A DNA stretch of 64,000 bases from Mustelus asterias. Its lineage: Eukaryota. Below the pieces are notes generated by a model. The model worked only from the letters and a program-made list of their open reading frames with translations. It did not search any database and was not told the origin of the DNA. Position numbers and translations under genes: made by a program. The DNA lies in NCBI RefSeq assembly GCF_964213995.1, contig NC_135824.1, forward strand, positions 52,514,001 through 52,578,000. The letters run 5' to 3'. Shown one piece after another: positions 37,047 to 49,635 of the stretch (the first letter of the stretch is position 1; each line of letters begins with the position of its first letter).

Positions 37047-39974
37047 CCAAAGGCAGCAGGAAACAGCTGCTTCACAAAACACTGCGCGGTGCTTTCAGCG
37101 GCCTTTGTGCAGAGCGAAAATGCTTTTGACAATAAAATTTGGAAATCTATCAATGTGAGTAACTGGTGGTAAAGAGACACCGGAAAAGCTAAACAGGAAA
37201 AGGCACAGCGATGTTGCCAGTACTGAGAGGATATAATTATCAGGGAAAACCGAACATGTTTGCTTACCCATTGACTGTGTCTACATTTCCCGCTGCCTCG
37301 GAAAAGCAGCCAGCATAATTAAGAACCCCACGCACCCCGGACATTCTCTCTTCCACCTTCTTCGGCCGGGTAAAAGATACAATTGTCTGAGCTCACGTAC
37401 CAACCGACTCAAGAACAGCTTCTTCCCTGCTGCCATCAGAATTTTGACTGGACCTACCTCCCATTAAGTTTATCTTTCTCGACACCCTAACTATGACTGT
37501 AACACTATATTCTGCACTCCCTCGTTTCCTTCTCTATGAACGGTATGCTTTGTCTGTATAGCGCGCAAGAAACAATACATTTCACAGTATACTAATACAT
37601 GTGGTAATAATAAAGAAATGAAAGAAGGCTGGGGGTGAGCTGTCACTAATAAATCCAATCGGAATTCAATAGAAACTTCTTTGCACAATGGCTGTTGAGG
37701 ATGTGGAACCCGCTATCACAGGGAGGTTCTCGCGGTGAGCGGTGAAGATTCATTTCAGAGGTAAATAATAAAGTGGAGAAGTAGATGCGGGGTATGTTCG
37801 GATATAACAGCAAACCTTCTGGAGCTAATCTTTTAAACATCTTCTCGGACTGAGGGCGAGTGTGTTCGCATCAGCTGATTTTGATGAAACAAGCAATGAT
37901 AAGACATGAAGACGACATAGCCGGGGAGTATGAATGAAATGGCTGTTTGAACGAAGTGGAAAGATATTGAAGTGAAGAGGTTTGTGTTTGGGACTCTGGT
38001 TTATTCCTTCAGGGGACCAGCAGAGGGCAGCACATGACCATGAACTATCTCCTGGTCTGCAACAAGCTTTATGAAGGAGAGGGGGAGAGAATTGAGCCTC
38101 TGTAACCTGTTCCGGTGTTTCTATCGTTGGAATTCCTACCAATCACAGAATCCTTGCAGTGCAGAAGGAGGTCGTTCGGCCCATCCCGTCTGCACTGGCA
38201 CTCTGAAAGATCTTTCTGCCTAATCACGCTTCCCTGCGTTATCACCGTAACGTTTCACATTCTTTCTTTCAAGATAGCAATCGAATTCTCTTTTGAACTC
38301 TCCATCAATTCTGCATCCACCACTCTCTCAGGAAGATCATCCCAGAGTGTTAAAGCATTTTGGAATGTTATTCGCGTTTTCCACCGTGAAGTCTGAGGCA
38401 AAGTATTTATTCAACTCCCTGCCATTTCCTAGCTGCCCATTATTCTTTCCCCACACAATTCTCTAAGGCGCCTACGTTCACTTCCATGAATTACCCACGT
38501 ACATACGGTGGTCCCCTTGTTCCTGCACCTCCTTTAGACTTTTTCCATTTGTTTTATACCGTGTCCCCACGTTCTTCCTGCCCAAATGGGTCACCCATTC
38601 CATTGAACTGCATCTGCCTCCTCTCTGCCCCCTTCACCAATATGTCCGGTTGAACTTCAGGAGCACTTCTCTCAATTGACAGCATTTCCAATCATCATAT
38701 CATCTGCCCGAGTCGGTTGCACTAAATGCATCTGACATAAGGAACGAACTGCCCGGCGCTCATTTGAAATTTCTGTCCCCTTAATCTGGCAGCCCGCACC
38801 CACAGTCCCCACAACCGTACCCCCACCATCACTGTCCAGAGAAAATGCTTTTCTCCATCGACCAAAACAAATACTTTTGTCACCTTCATATTCCTGATTG
38901 CTTTTACAAATGCAGATTTTATAAGGCAGTTGCTTGAAAAATTCCCTTTTAATTGAAGCGGATAGAGAATGTTCTTCAATGGGGATGGGGGAATCAACTG
39001 ATCTCTGCCCGGAGAAGACGTGATGTGGTTGCAATGGGAAATAATTCACGTGCATCAGTTGCCTGTTGTTGATTCGCCTCCGCTGATTTTAGAAAACGTC
39101 TCTAAATGTGATATCCCGTCATGTGATTCTTTCTGTCTCTCACTGGGAAATTCATACCCCTCTTTCAATGTTATCAGTTCCTGCTGGGATTCGAACATAA
39201 GATCAGCGCTCCAACTTCGACAAAATACAGCAGAGTCTGTGCAACCTATACGGGACGGGGGTCAGGAAGAGCCATTGAGCCCCTCCAGGCAGCTGTGTCA
39301 TTCAATAAAATCCTAACTGTCTCGATCGTGGCCGAATATCCGCTTTCTGCCTCCCCTCCCCCCCGCGTAGAAAAATCTTCACGCCCCTGTTGCTCTCAAA
39401 TCTAATTGGTGAGGAATTTATTCAATGACCCAGTTTCCACTGTTCCCTGAGATGTAAAATTCCGAAAATACCCGCCATCAGAGCAGAAATTCCTCTTCAT
39501 CTCCGACTGAGACAGGAGATTACTCTGAGACCTCGTTCTAGATTCCCCAACGAGAGCGGAGCTTCCTCCCAGCATCGACTCTTTCAGCCCCCTCACAATA
39601 TTATATGTTTCACTCAGATCACCTCTGGTTCTTCCAAATACCAATCGAAAGATTAATCCACCATGTTCAGGACTCCGGCCAGCAGAGGCAACAGTTTATC
39701 TATCGAACACCCTCGACTGTCTTTTTAGTCTTGACAGTAGGATTACGTCGACCACCATATTCTACATTGAAGGAAATGTAATCCAGGTTTTTGCAGTCTG
39801 TCTTCGGAATTTCCCCTCTAAACCCCGGGATTGTTCTGTGGATCTGAGCTGTGATTCCCCCACATTGTCCCCTCCCCATCAACCCCTCAATGTGTCTTCG
39901 CAAATTCCTGCAGCTGCCAAGTCCACATAAACCAATCAGGAGGTGGGGGGGCGGGGCTGATACAGGAAAAGGGA

Positions 39975-39984
39975 GGTGATGTCA
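39975..39984 (+). promoter_or_regulatory. TRBV decamer/CRE-like promoter element (also 46428-46437 and 50641-50650), with upstream CCAAT and GC boxes
   Basis: GGTGATGTCA is a 9/10 match to AGTGAYRTCA and lies about 115 bp upstream of the leader ATG. Confidence 0.55.
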
Positions 39985-40096
39985 ATCTGTGGGAGGGGCT
40001 GGGCTGTCAATCAAACGGTGAAGAGGAGGAGCATTGCAATTTAAGTGTTTTCTTCTCAGTGAGAAAGATTGTTTAAAAGGGAAGCTGAAGTGGAAG

Positions 40097-40605
40097 ATGT
40101 ATCTGTTGCTGGCTCTGTTCATCATGTTTCACCGTGAGGAACTTCCCCAACAACAATTCTTATTCAACATCTAACTTTCCTTTCCACTTGCTGACCTCCC
40201 TCTTGCTCTGATCCCTTCTGTTCTTTCTATTTTTCGACACCTCTCCGTCCTTTATTCTCCACCACACAGAGTGTCCCATTTCCTGATCTCTCTGTCTCTT
40301 CCTCAGATGTGAAGTCTCAGACGATCCGCCAGACACCCGCCGCCGTTTCCAAATCTCCAGGGGAGAGAGTGAGACTGAACTGCACTGTGAAGGGGAGCAG
40401 CAGTACTCTCAGGATGTACTGGTACAGACAATACCCGGGGAGGGAGCTACAGCTGATGTTTTACTCCGAAACTGAAGAGCATGTCAGTCCAAATGAGGCG
40501 GTGGACGGTTTCACAGCGAAGCGACCGGATGGCTATGAGTTCAACCTGAATTCCTCCAGCCTGAGGGTGAATCACTCGGCCGTGTATTACTGTGCCTGGA
40601 GTCTT
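40097..40605 (+). pseudogene. TRBV: TCR beta V2: intact ORF (leader 40097-40133, V exon 40307-40605) but RSS split by a CR1 insertion
   Basis: Heptamer at 40606-40612; nonamer displaced to 41241-41249. Confidence 0.88.
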
Positions 40606-40631
40606 CACAGTGACTCAGAGAGATGGAGCAG

Positions 40632-41227
40632 GGATGTACTTCTGAGGCTTTATAAAGCACTGGTTAGGCCCCATTTGGAGTACTGTGAGCAATTTTGGGC
40701 CCCACACCTCAGGAAGGACATACTGGCACTGGAGCGGGTCCAGCAGAGATTCACACGGATGATCCCAGGAATGGTAGGCCTGACATACGATGAACGTCTG
40801 AGGATCGTGGGATTATATTCATTGGAGTTTAGGAGGTTGAGGAGAGATCTGATAGAGACTTACAAGATAATGAACGGCTTAGATAGGATGGACGTAGGGA
40901 AGTTGTTTCCATTAGCAGGGGAGACTAGGACGCGGGGGCACAGCCTTAGAATAAAAGGGAGTCACTTTAGAACAGAGATGAGGAGAAATTTCTTCAGCCA
41001 GAGAGTGGTAGGTCTGTGGAATTCATTGCCACAGAGGGCTGTGGAGGCCGAGACGTTGAGCGTCTTCAAGACAGAAATTGATAAATTCTTGATTTCTCGA
41101 GGAATTAAGGGCTATGGGGAGAGAGCGGGTAAATGGAGTTGAAATCAACCATGATTGAATGGTGGAGTGGACTCGATGGGCCGAATGACCTTACTTCCGC
41201 TCCTATGTCTTATGGTCTTATGGTCTT
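40632..41227 (+). mobile_element. 5'-truncated CR1 LINE inside the V2 RSS spacer, 9-bp TSD ATGGAGCAG
   Basis: TSD at 40623-40631 and 41228-41236; RT C-terminus; (TCTTATGG)n tail. Confidence 0.93.
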
Positions 41228-44200
41228 ATGGAGCAGCTCAACAAAAACCCCAAAGGCAGCAGGAAACAGCTGCTTCACAAAACACTGCGCGGTGCTTTTA
41301 ACGGCCGTGTTTTTTCGTGCGGAACGAAAATGCTTTTGACAATAAAAGCAGCATTCCTATCAATGTAAGTAACTGGATATAAAGAGACACCGGAAAAGCT
41401 AAACAGGATAAGGAGCAGCGATGTTGCCAGTACTGGGAGGTTGTAATGATCAGGGAAATCCGAACATGTTCGCTTACCCATTGACTCTGTCTACACTTCC
41501 CGCTGACCCGCAAAAGCAGCCAGCATAATTAAAGACCCCACGCACCCCGGGCATTCTCTCTTCCACCTTCTTCCATCGGGAAAAAGATACAAAAGTCTGA
41601 GCTCACGTACCAACCGACTCAAGAACAGCTTCTTCCCTGCTACCATCAGACTTTTGAATGGACCTACCTCACATCAAGTTTATCTTTCTCGACACCCTAG
41701 CTATGACTGTAACACTATATTCTGCACTCTCTCGCTTCCTTCTCTATGAACGGTATGCTTTGTCTGTATAGCGCTCAAGAAACAATACTTTTCACTGTAT
41801 ACTATTACATGTGACAATAATAAAGAAATCGAAGAAGGTTGGGGCTGAGCTGCCACTAATAAATCCATCAAAGCAAATTACTGCGGATGCTGGAATCTGA
41901 TAAATCCAAATCCAATAATAAATCCAATCGGAATTCAAAAGAAACTTCTTTGCTCCAAGGCTGCTGAGGATGCGGAACCCGCTACCACAGGGTGTATCTC
42001 GCGATGAACGTCGTAGGTTCAGATAAGAGCTATTAAATTGGAGAAGTAGATGAGGGATATGTTCGGATATAACAGCCACTTTTGGAGCTAATCTATTGAA
42101 CATCTTCTCAGACTGAAGGGGAGTGTGTTCGGATCAGTTGGTTTTGATGAAACAAGTAATGATCAGACATGAAGACGAAATAACCGGGGCGTATGAATGA
42201 AATGGCTGTTGAACGAAGTGCAAAGATATTGAAGTGAAGAGGTTTGTGTTTGGGACTCTAGTTTATTCCTTCAGGGGGCCAGCGGAGGGCAGCACATGAC
42301 CATGAACTATCTCCTGGTCTGCAACAAGCTTTATGAAGGAGTGGGGGAGGGAATTGAGCCGCTGTAACCTGTTCCTGTGTTTCTATCCTTGGAATTCCTA
42401 CCAATCACAGAATCCTTACGCTGCAGAAGGAGGCCGTTCGGCCCATCCCGTGCACTGGCAATCTCATACACCCTTCTGCCTGATCACACTTCCGTGCCTT
42501 ATCCCAGGAACCTTTCACATTTTTCCTTTGAAGATAGCGATCGAATTCCCTTTTGAAACCTCGATCAAGCCTGCCTCCACCCCCCTCTCAGGAAGCTCGT
42601 CCCAGAGTGTTAAAGCATGTTGGAATGTTATCAGCGTTTTCCACCGTGATGACTGACGCAAAGTGTTTATTCAACTACCTCTGCCATTTCCTGGTTCCCC
42701 ATTATTCTTTCCCCACCCCATTCTCTCAGGCCCCTGTGTTCACTTCCATGACTTATGCGCATCTACACTGAGGTCCCCTTGCTCCTGCACCTCCTTTAAA
42801 GTTTCTCCCTTGTTTTATACCGCATCCCCACTTTCTCCCTGCCCAAATGTATCACCCACTGCGCTGAACTTCATCTGCCTCCTCCCTGCCCCATCCACCA
42901 ATATGTCCGGTTGAACCTCAGGACTATTTCGCTCACTTGACAACACTTCCAATCATCGTATCATCCGCTCCAGTTGGTTTCACTAAATGCCTCCTGGCAA
43001 AAGAAAAGAACAGACCCCCCGGCGCTCATTTGAAATTTCTGCCCCCTTCATCTGGAACGCCCGCACCTAGAGTCCCCCAACTGCACCCCCATAATCACCC
43101 TCCAGAGAACATGCTTTCCTCCTCCGACCCAAACAAATTCCTTCACAACCTTCATGTTGCTGATTGGTTTTACAAGTGCAGACTTGAAAAGGCAATTGTT
43201 TGAAACTTTCGCTTTTAATTGAAGCGGATAGAGAATGTTCGTCAATGGGGATGGTGGAAGCAAGTGAACTCTGTCCGGAGAACACGTGATGTGGTTGGAA
43301 TTAAAAATAATTCAGGTGCATTAGTTGCCCGTTGTTGATTCGCCTCCGCTGATTTTAGTAAATGTCTCTAAATGTGAAATCCCGTCATGTGATTTTTTTC
43401 TGTCTCTCACTGGGAAACTCGTACCCCTCTTTCAATGTTGTCAGTTCCTGCTGGGATTAGAGCATTGGATCAGCGCTTCGAAATTCGACAGAATACAGCA
43501 GAGCCTGTGCAACCTGTACAGAGAGGGGATCAGGAAGAGGCCATTCAACCTCTCCAGACAACTGTCCCAACCAGTCAGATCCTGGCTGGCTCCATCGTGG
43601 CCGCAAATCCGGTTTCTGCCTCCCCTCCCCCCGCAGAGAAAAATCTTGACGCCTCTTGTTGTCAAATCTAATTGCTGAGGAATATATTCAATGACCGAAT
43701 TCCCACTGTTCCGTCAGGTGTAAAATTCCGAAAGTAACTGCCGTCAAATTGGAAATTCCTCTTCATCTCCGACTTAGACAGGATGTTACTCTGGAACCAT
43801 GCTCCCTAGCTCTAGGTTCCTCAAGGAGAGCGGAGCTTCCTCCCAGCATCGACACTTTCAGCCACCGCACAATATTATATGTTTCACTCAGATCACCTCT
43901 GGTTCTTCTAAATACCAATTAGAAGATTAATCCACCATGTTCAGGACTCCGGCCAGCAGAGGCAACAGTTTATCTATCGAACACTCTCCAATGTCTTTTC
44001 ACTCTTGAAAGTAGAATTACATCGACCAACATATTCTACATTGAAGGAAATGTAATCCAGGTTTTTGCCATCTGTCTTCGGAATTTCCCCTCTAAACCCC
44101 GGGATTGGTCTGTGGATCTGAGCTGTGATTCCCCCACATTGTCCCCTACCCATCAACCCCTCAATATGTCTTCGCAAATTCCTGCAGCTGCCAAGTCCAC

Positions 44201-44376
44201 ATAAACCAATCAGGAGGTGGGGGGCGGGGCTGATAAAGGAAAAGGGCGGGGCTGTCAATCTGTGGGGGGGGGGGGGGGCTGGGCTGTCAATCAAACGGTG
44301 AAGAGGAGGAGCATTGCAATTTAAGTGTTTTCCTCTCAGTGAGAAAGATTGTTTAAAAGGGAAGCTGAAGGGGAAG

Positions 44377-44748
44377 ATGTATCTGTTGCTGGCTCTGTTC
44401 ATCATGTTTCACCGTGAGGAACTTTCCCAACAACAATTCTTATTCAACATCTAACTTTCCTTTCCACTTGCTGACCTCCCTCTTGCTCTGATCCCTTCTG
44501 TTCTTTCTATTTTTCGACACCTCTCCGTCCTTTATTCTCCACCATTCAGAGTGTCCAGTTTCCTGATCTCCTCTCTCTGTCTCTTCCTCAGATGTGAAGT
44601 CTCAGACTATCCGCCAGACTCCCGCCGCCGTTTCTAAATCTCCAGGGGAGAGAGTGAGACTGAACTGCACTGTGAAGGGGAGCAGCAGTACTCTCAGGAT
44701 GTACTGGTACAGACAATACCCGGGGAGGGAGCTACAGCTGATGTTTTT
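44377..44748 (+). pseudogene. TRBV: TCR beta V3 pseudogene: leader 44377-44413, V exon from 44592 truncated after FR2
   Basis: ...GRELQLMF runs into a SINE; the second Cys and the RSS are missing. Confidence 0.9.
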
Positions 44749-44752
44749 GTTT

Positions 44753-45066
44753 GCACTGCTGCCTCACAGCTCCAGGGACCGGCCTTCGATTCGCAGCTTG
44801 GGTCACTGTCTGTGTGGAGTTTGCACATTCTCCCCGTGTCTGCGTGGGTTTCCACTGCGTGCTCCGGTTTCCTCCCACAGTCCAAAGATGTGCGTGTTAG
44901 GTTGATTTTCCATACTAGATACCCAATAGTGTCCCGGGATGTGTAGGTCAGAGGGATTAGCGGGGTAAATCTCCGGGGTTGCAGGGATAGGGCCTGGGGT
45001 GGGATAGTGGTCGGTGCAGACTCGATGGGCTGAATGGCCTCCTTCTGCATTGTAGGGTTTCTATGA
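44753..45066 (+). mobile_element. HE1-like SINE at a deletion junction of about 1.75 kb
   Basis: 5'-clipped SINE with no TSD; the downstream flank matches unit 1 at about 38615. Confidence 0.85.
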
Positions 45067-46549
45067 TGCCTCCTCTCTGCCCCCTCCACCAATATGTCCG
45101 GTTGAATTTCAAGGCTATTTCCTCCACAGTTGACACTACTTCCAATCTTCGCATCATTCGCTCCAGGTGGTTTCACTAAATGCCTCCTGACATAAGCAAC
45201 GAAGACCCGGAGTTCATTTGAAATCGCTGTCCCCTTCATCTGGAACGCACGCACCCACAGTCCCCCACAGCTGTACCTCCACCATCATCGACCAGAGGAT
45301 ATGTTTCTCTCCAACGACCCAAACAAGTTCTTTGATTACCTTCATGTTCCTGATTGGTTTTACAAATGCAGACTTTATAAGGCAGTTGTTTGAAACTTTC
45401 CCTTGTAATTGAAGTGGATACAGAATGTGCTTCAATGGGGATGGTGGAATCAACAGAACTCTGTCCGGAGAATACGTGATGTGACTGCAATGGGAAATAA
45501 TTCAGGTGCATTAGATGCCTCCGCTGATTTTAGAAAACGTCTCCACTTGTGAAATCCCCTCATGTGATTCTCGCTGTCTCTCACTGGGAACCTCACACCC
45601 CTCTTTCAATGTTGTCAGTTCTTGCTGAGATTCGAACAGTAGATCAGCGCTCAAACATCGAAATTCGACCGAATACAGCAGAGTCTGTGCAACCTGTACA
45701 GAGAGGGGATCAGGAAGAGGCCATTCAACCTCTCCAGACAACTGTCCCAACCAGTCAGATCCTGGCTGGCTCCATCGTGGCCGCAAATCCGGTTTCTACC
45801 TCCGCTCCCCCCGCAGAGAAAAATCTTGACGCCTCTTGTTGTCAAATCTAATTGCTGAGGAATATATTCAATGACCGAATTCCCACTGTTCCTTCAGGGG
45901 TAAAATTCCGAAAGTAACTGCCGTCAAATTGGAAATTCCTCTTCATCTCCGACTTAGACAGGATGTTACTCTGGAACCATGCTCCCCAGCTCTAGGTTCC
46001 TCAAGGAGAGCGGAGCTTCCTCCCAGCATCGACACTTTCAGCCACCGCACAATATTATATGTTTCACTCAGATCACCTCTGGTTCTTCTAAATACCAATT
46101 AGAAGATTAATCCACCATGTTCAGGACTCAGGCCAGCAGAGGCAACAGTTTATCTATCGAACACTCTCTAATGTCTTTTTACTCTTGAAAGTAGGATTAC
46201 GTCGACCACAATATTCTTCATTGAAGGAAATGTAATCCAGGTTTTTGCAATCTGTCTTCGGAATTTCCCCTCTAAACCCCGGGATTGTTCTGTGGATCTG
46301 AGCTGTGATTCCTCCACATTTTCCCCTCCCCATCAACCCCTCAATATGTCTTCGCAAATTCCTGCAGCTGCCAAGTCCACATAAACCAATCAGGAGGTGG
46401 GGGGCGGGGCTCATACAGGAAAGGGGAGGTGATGTCAGCCTGTGGGAAGGGCTGGGCTGTCAATCAAACGGTGAAGAGGAGGAGCATTGCAATTTAAGTG
46501 TTTTCTTCCCAGTGAGAAAGATTGTTTAAAAGGGAAGCTGAAGTGGAAG

Positions 46550-47043
46550 ATGTATCTGTTGCTGGCTCTGTTCATCATGTTTCACCGTGAGGAACTTTCC
46601 CAACAACAATTCTTATTCAACATCTAACTTGCTGACCTCCCTCTTGCTCTGATCCCTTCTGTTCTTTCTATTTTTCGACACCTCTCCGTCCTTTATTCTC
46701 CACCACACAGAGTGTCCCATTTCCTGATCTCTCTGTCTCTTCCTCAGATGTGAAGTCTCAGACGATCCGCCAGACACCCGCCGCCGTTTCCAAATCTCCA
46801 GGGGAGAGAGTGAGACTGAACTGCACTGTGAAGGGGAGCAGTGCTCTCAGCATGTACTGGTACAGACAATACCCGGGGAGGGAACTACAGCTGATGTTTT
46901 ACTCCGACACTGAAGAGCATGTCAGTCCAAATGAGGCGGTGGACGGTTTCACAGCGAAGCGACCGAATGACGATAAGTTCAACCTGAATTCCTCCAGCCT
47001 GAGGGTGAATCACTCGGCCGTGTATTACTGCGCCTGGAGTCTT
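46550..47043 (+). pseudogene. TRBV: TCR beta V4: intact ORF (leader 46550-46586, V exon 46748-47043) but separated from its complete RSS by an insertion
   Basis: Orphan heptamer at 47044-47050; the full RSS is at 47349-47387. Confidence 0.87.
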
Positions 47044-47057
47044 CACAGTGACTCAGA

Positions 47058-47347
47058 CCTCTTTTTAGGTCAAACCAAGTAAACAAACTCAAATTAAATC
47101 AGGACAAAGTAAAAGGGGCAGCTCCCCAAAAAGGAGGGGGAACAGCCCGAACAGAAATCAAAATGCAAAGGAAACTTAAAAACATCAAATTAAAATGTGA
47201 TTATTAGGGTCAATAATGCACCCCAACCCCTGGGGTGCCCAGCGGGCGCGGAAAGCGTCAACCTCGCCCGTGGACACCGCATGCTCCCTCTCCAGGGACA
47301 CCTGGCCGCGAACGTAGCCGCGGTAGAGGGGAAGACAGTCAGGATGG
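47058..47347 (-). mobile_element. 5'-truncated Tx1/L1-clade LINE 3' end, 15-bp TSD TCACAGTGACTCAGA
   Basis: TSD at 47043-47057 and 47348-47362. The minus strand encodes HPDCLPLYRGYVRGQVSLEREHAVSTGEVDAFRARWAPQGLGCIIDPNNHILI* followed by a T-rich UTR ending AAAAAGAGG. The family assignment is from recalled similarity. Confidence 0.7.
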
Positions 47348-47348
47348 T

Positions 47349-47387
47349 CACAGTGACTCAGAGAGATGGAGCAGCTCAACAAAAACC
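47349..47387 (+). promoter_or_regulatory. Displaced but perfect 23-RSS abutting the retroelement
   Basis: CACAGTG + 23 nt + ACAAAAACC. Confidence 0.95.
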
Positions 47388-49278
47388 CCAAAGGCAGCAG
47401 GAAACAGCTGCTTCACACAACACTGCGCGGTGCTTTTAGCGGCCGTGTTTTTTCGTGCAGAGCGAAAATGCTTTTGACAATAAAAGCAGCATTGCTATCA
47501 ATATGAGTAACTGGATGTAAAGAGACGCCGGAAAAGGTAAACACGAAAAATACCGAACATGTTCGCTTACACATTGACTGTCTGCACTTCCCGCTGCCCC
47601 GCAAAAGCAGAGAGCATAATTAAGGACCCCACGCACCCCGGGCATTCTCTCTTCCAACTTCTTCCACTGGGAAAAAGATACAAAAGTCTTAGGTCACGTA
47701 CCAACCGACTCAAGAACAGCTTCTTCCCTGCTGCCATCAGACTTTTGAATGGACTTACCTTGCATTAAGTTTAACTTTCTCGACACCCGAGCTATGACTG
47801 CAACATTATATTCTGCACTCTGTCGTTTCCTTCTCAATGTACGGTATGCTTGGTTTGCATAGCGCTCAAGAAACAATACTTTTCACTGTATACTATTACA
47901 GGTGACAATAATAAAGAAATCAAAGAAGGTTGGGGGTGAGCTGCCACTAATAAATCCATCAAAGCAAATTACTGCGGATGCGGCAATCTGATTAATCCAA
48001 ATCCACTAATAAATCCCATCGGTATTCAAAAAAAACTTCTTTGTTCCAAGACTGCTGAGGATCTGGAACCCGCTACCACAGGGCATGTCTCGCGGTGAAC
48101 GTCGAACGTTCACTTAAGAGTTAAATAATAAGTTGGAGAAGTAGATGAGGGATATGTTCGGATATATCAGCAACTCTTGGAGCTAATCTATTGAACATCT
48201 TCTCAGACTGAGGGCGAGTGTGCCCGGATCAGTCGGTTTTGATGAAACAAGCAATGATAGAACATGCAGCCGAGACAGCGAGAAATGAGGAGGTTTGTTT
48301 TTGGGACTCTGGTTCATTCCTTCGAGGGACCAGCAGAGGGCAGCACATGACCATGAACTATCTCCTTGTCTGCGACAAGCTTTATGAAGGAGTGGGGGAG
48401 GGAATTGAGCCTCTGTAACCTGTTCCTGTGTTTCTATCCTTGGAATTCCGACCAATCACAAGAATCCTTACAGTGCAGAAGGAGGCGGTACGGCCCATCC
48501 ACTTTGTACTGGCAATCTGAAAGTTCCTTCAGCCGAATCGCGCTTCCCTGCCTCGCGTAACCGTTCACATTCTTCCTTTGAAGATAGCGATCAACTTCCC
48601 TTTTGAAACCTCGATCAAGCCTGTCTCCACCACCCTCTCAGGAAGCTCGTCCCAGAGTGTTAAAGCATTTTGGAATGTTATCAGCGTTTTCTCCCGTGAT
48701 GACTGAGTTATTCAACTCTCCTGCCATTTCCTGGTTCCCCATTATTCGTTCCCCACCCCATTCTCTGAGGCGCCTGTGTTCACTTCCATGACTTATGCAC
48801 ATATACACGCAGGTCCCCTTGCTCCTGCACCTCCTTTAAAGTTTCTCCTTTTGCTTTATACCGCATCCCCACTTTCTCCCTGCCCAAATGGATTATCCAC
48901 TGCACTGAAATTCATCTGTCTCCTCCCTGCCCCATCCACCAATATGTCCGGTTGAACTTCAGGACTATTTCGCTCACTTGACAACACTTCCAATCATCGT
49001 ATCATCCGCTCTAGTTGGTTTCACTAAATGCCTCCTGACACAAGCAACGAATTTGAAATTTCTGCTCCCTTCATCTGGAACGCCCGCGCCTGCAGTCCCC
49101 CAACTGCACCCCCACAATCACCCTCCAGAGAACATGTTTTCCTCCTTCGACCCAAAGAAATTATTTTATAACTTTCATGTTCCTGATTGGTTTCCAAATG
49201 CAGATTTTATGAAGCAATTGTTTGAAACTTTCGTTTTTAATTGAAGCGGATAAAGAATGTACTTCAATGGGGATGAGG

Positions 49279-49635
49279 ACGGCACGTGAGCACAGTGGTT
49301 AGCACCGCTGCTTCACACCGCTGCTTCACAGCTCCAGGGACCTGGGTTCGATTCCCGGCTTGGGTCACTGTCTTTGTGGAGTTTGCACATTCTCCTCGTG
49401 TCTGCGTGGGTTTTCTCCGGGTGCTCCGGTTTGCTCCCAGAGTCCAAAGGTGGGCGGGTTAGGTTGATTGGCCATGCCAAATTTGCCCATAGTGTCCTGA
49501 GATGCGTAAATTTGAGGGATTAGTGGGTAAATATGTAGGGATATGGGGGTAGGGCCTGGGCGGGATTGTGGTCGGTGCAGACTCGATCGGCCGAATGGCC
49601 TCTTACTGTGCTGTAGGGTTTCTATGATTTCTATG
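49279..49635 (+). mobile_element. HE1-like SINE; duplicated with its unit at 53235-53590
   Basis: Both copies share the insertion site and an internal ACCGCTGCTTC duplication. Confidence 0.88.
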
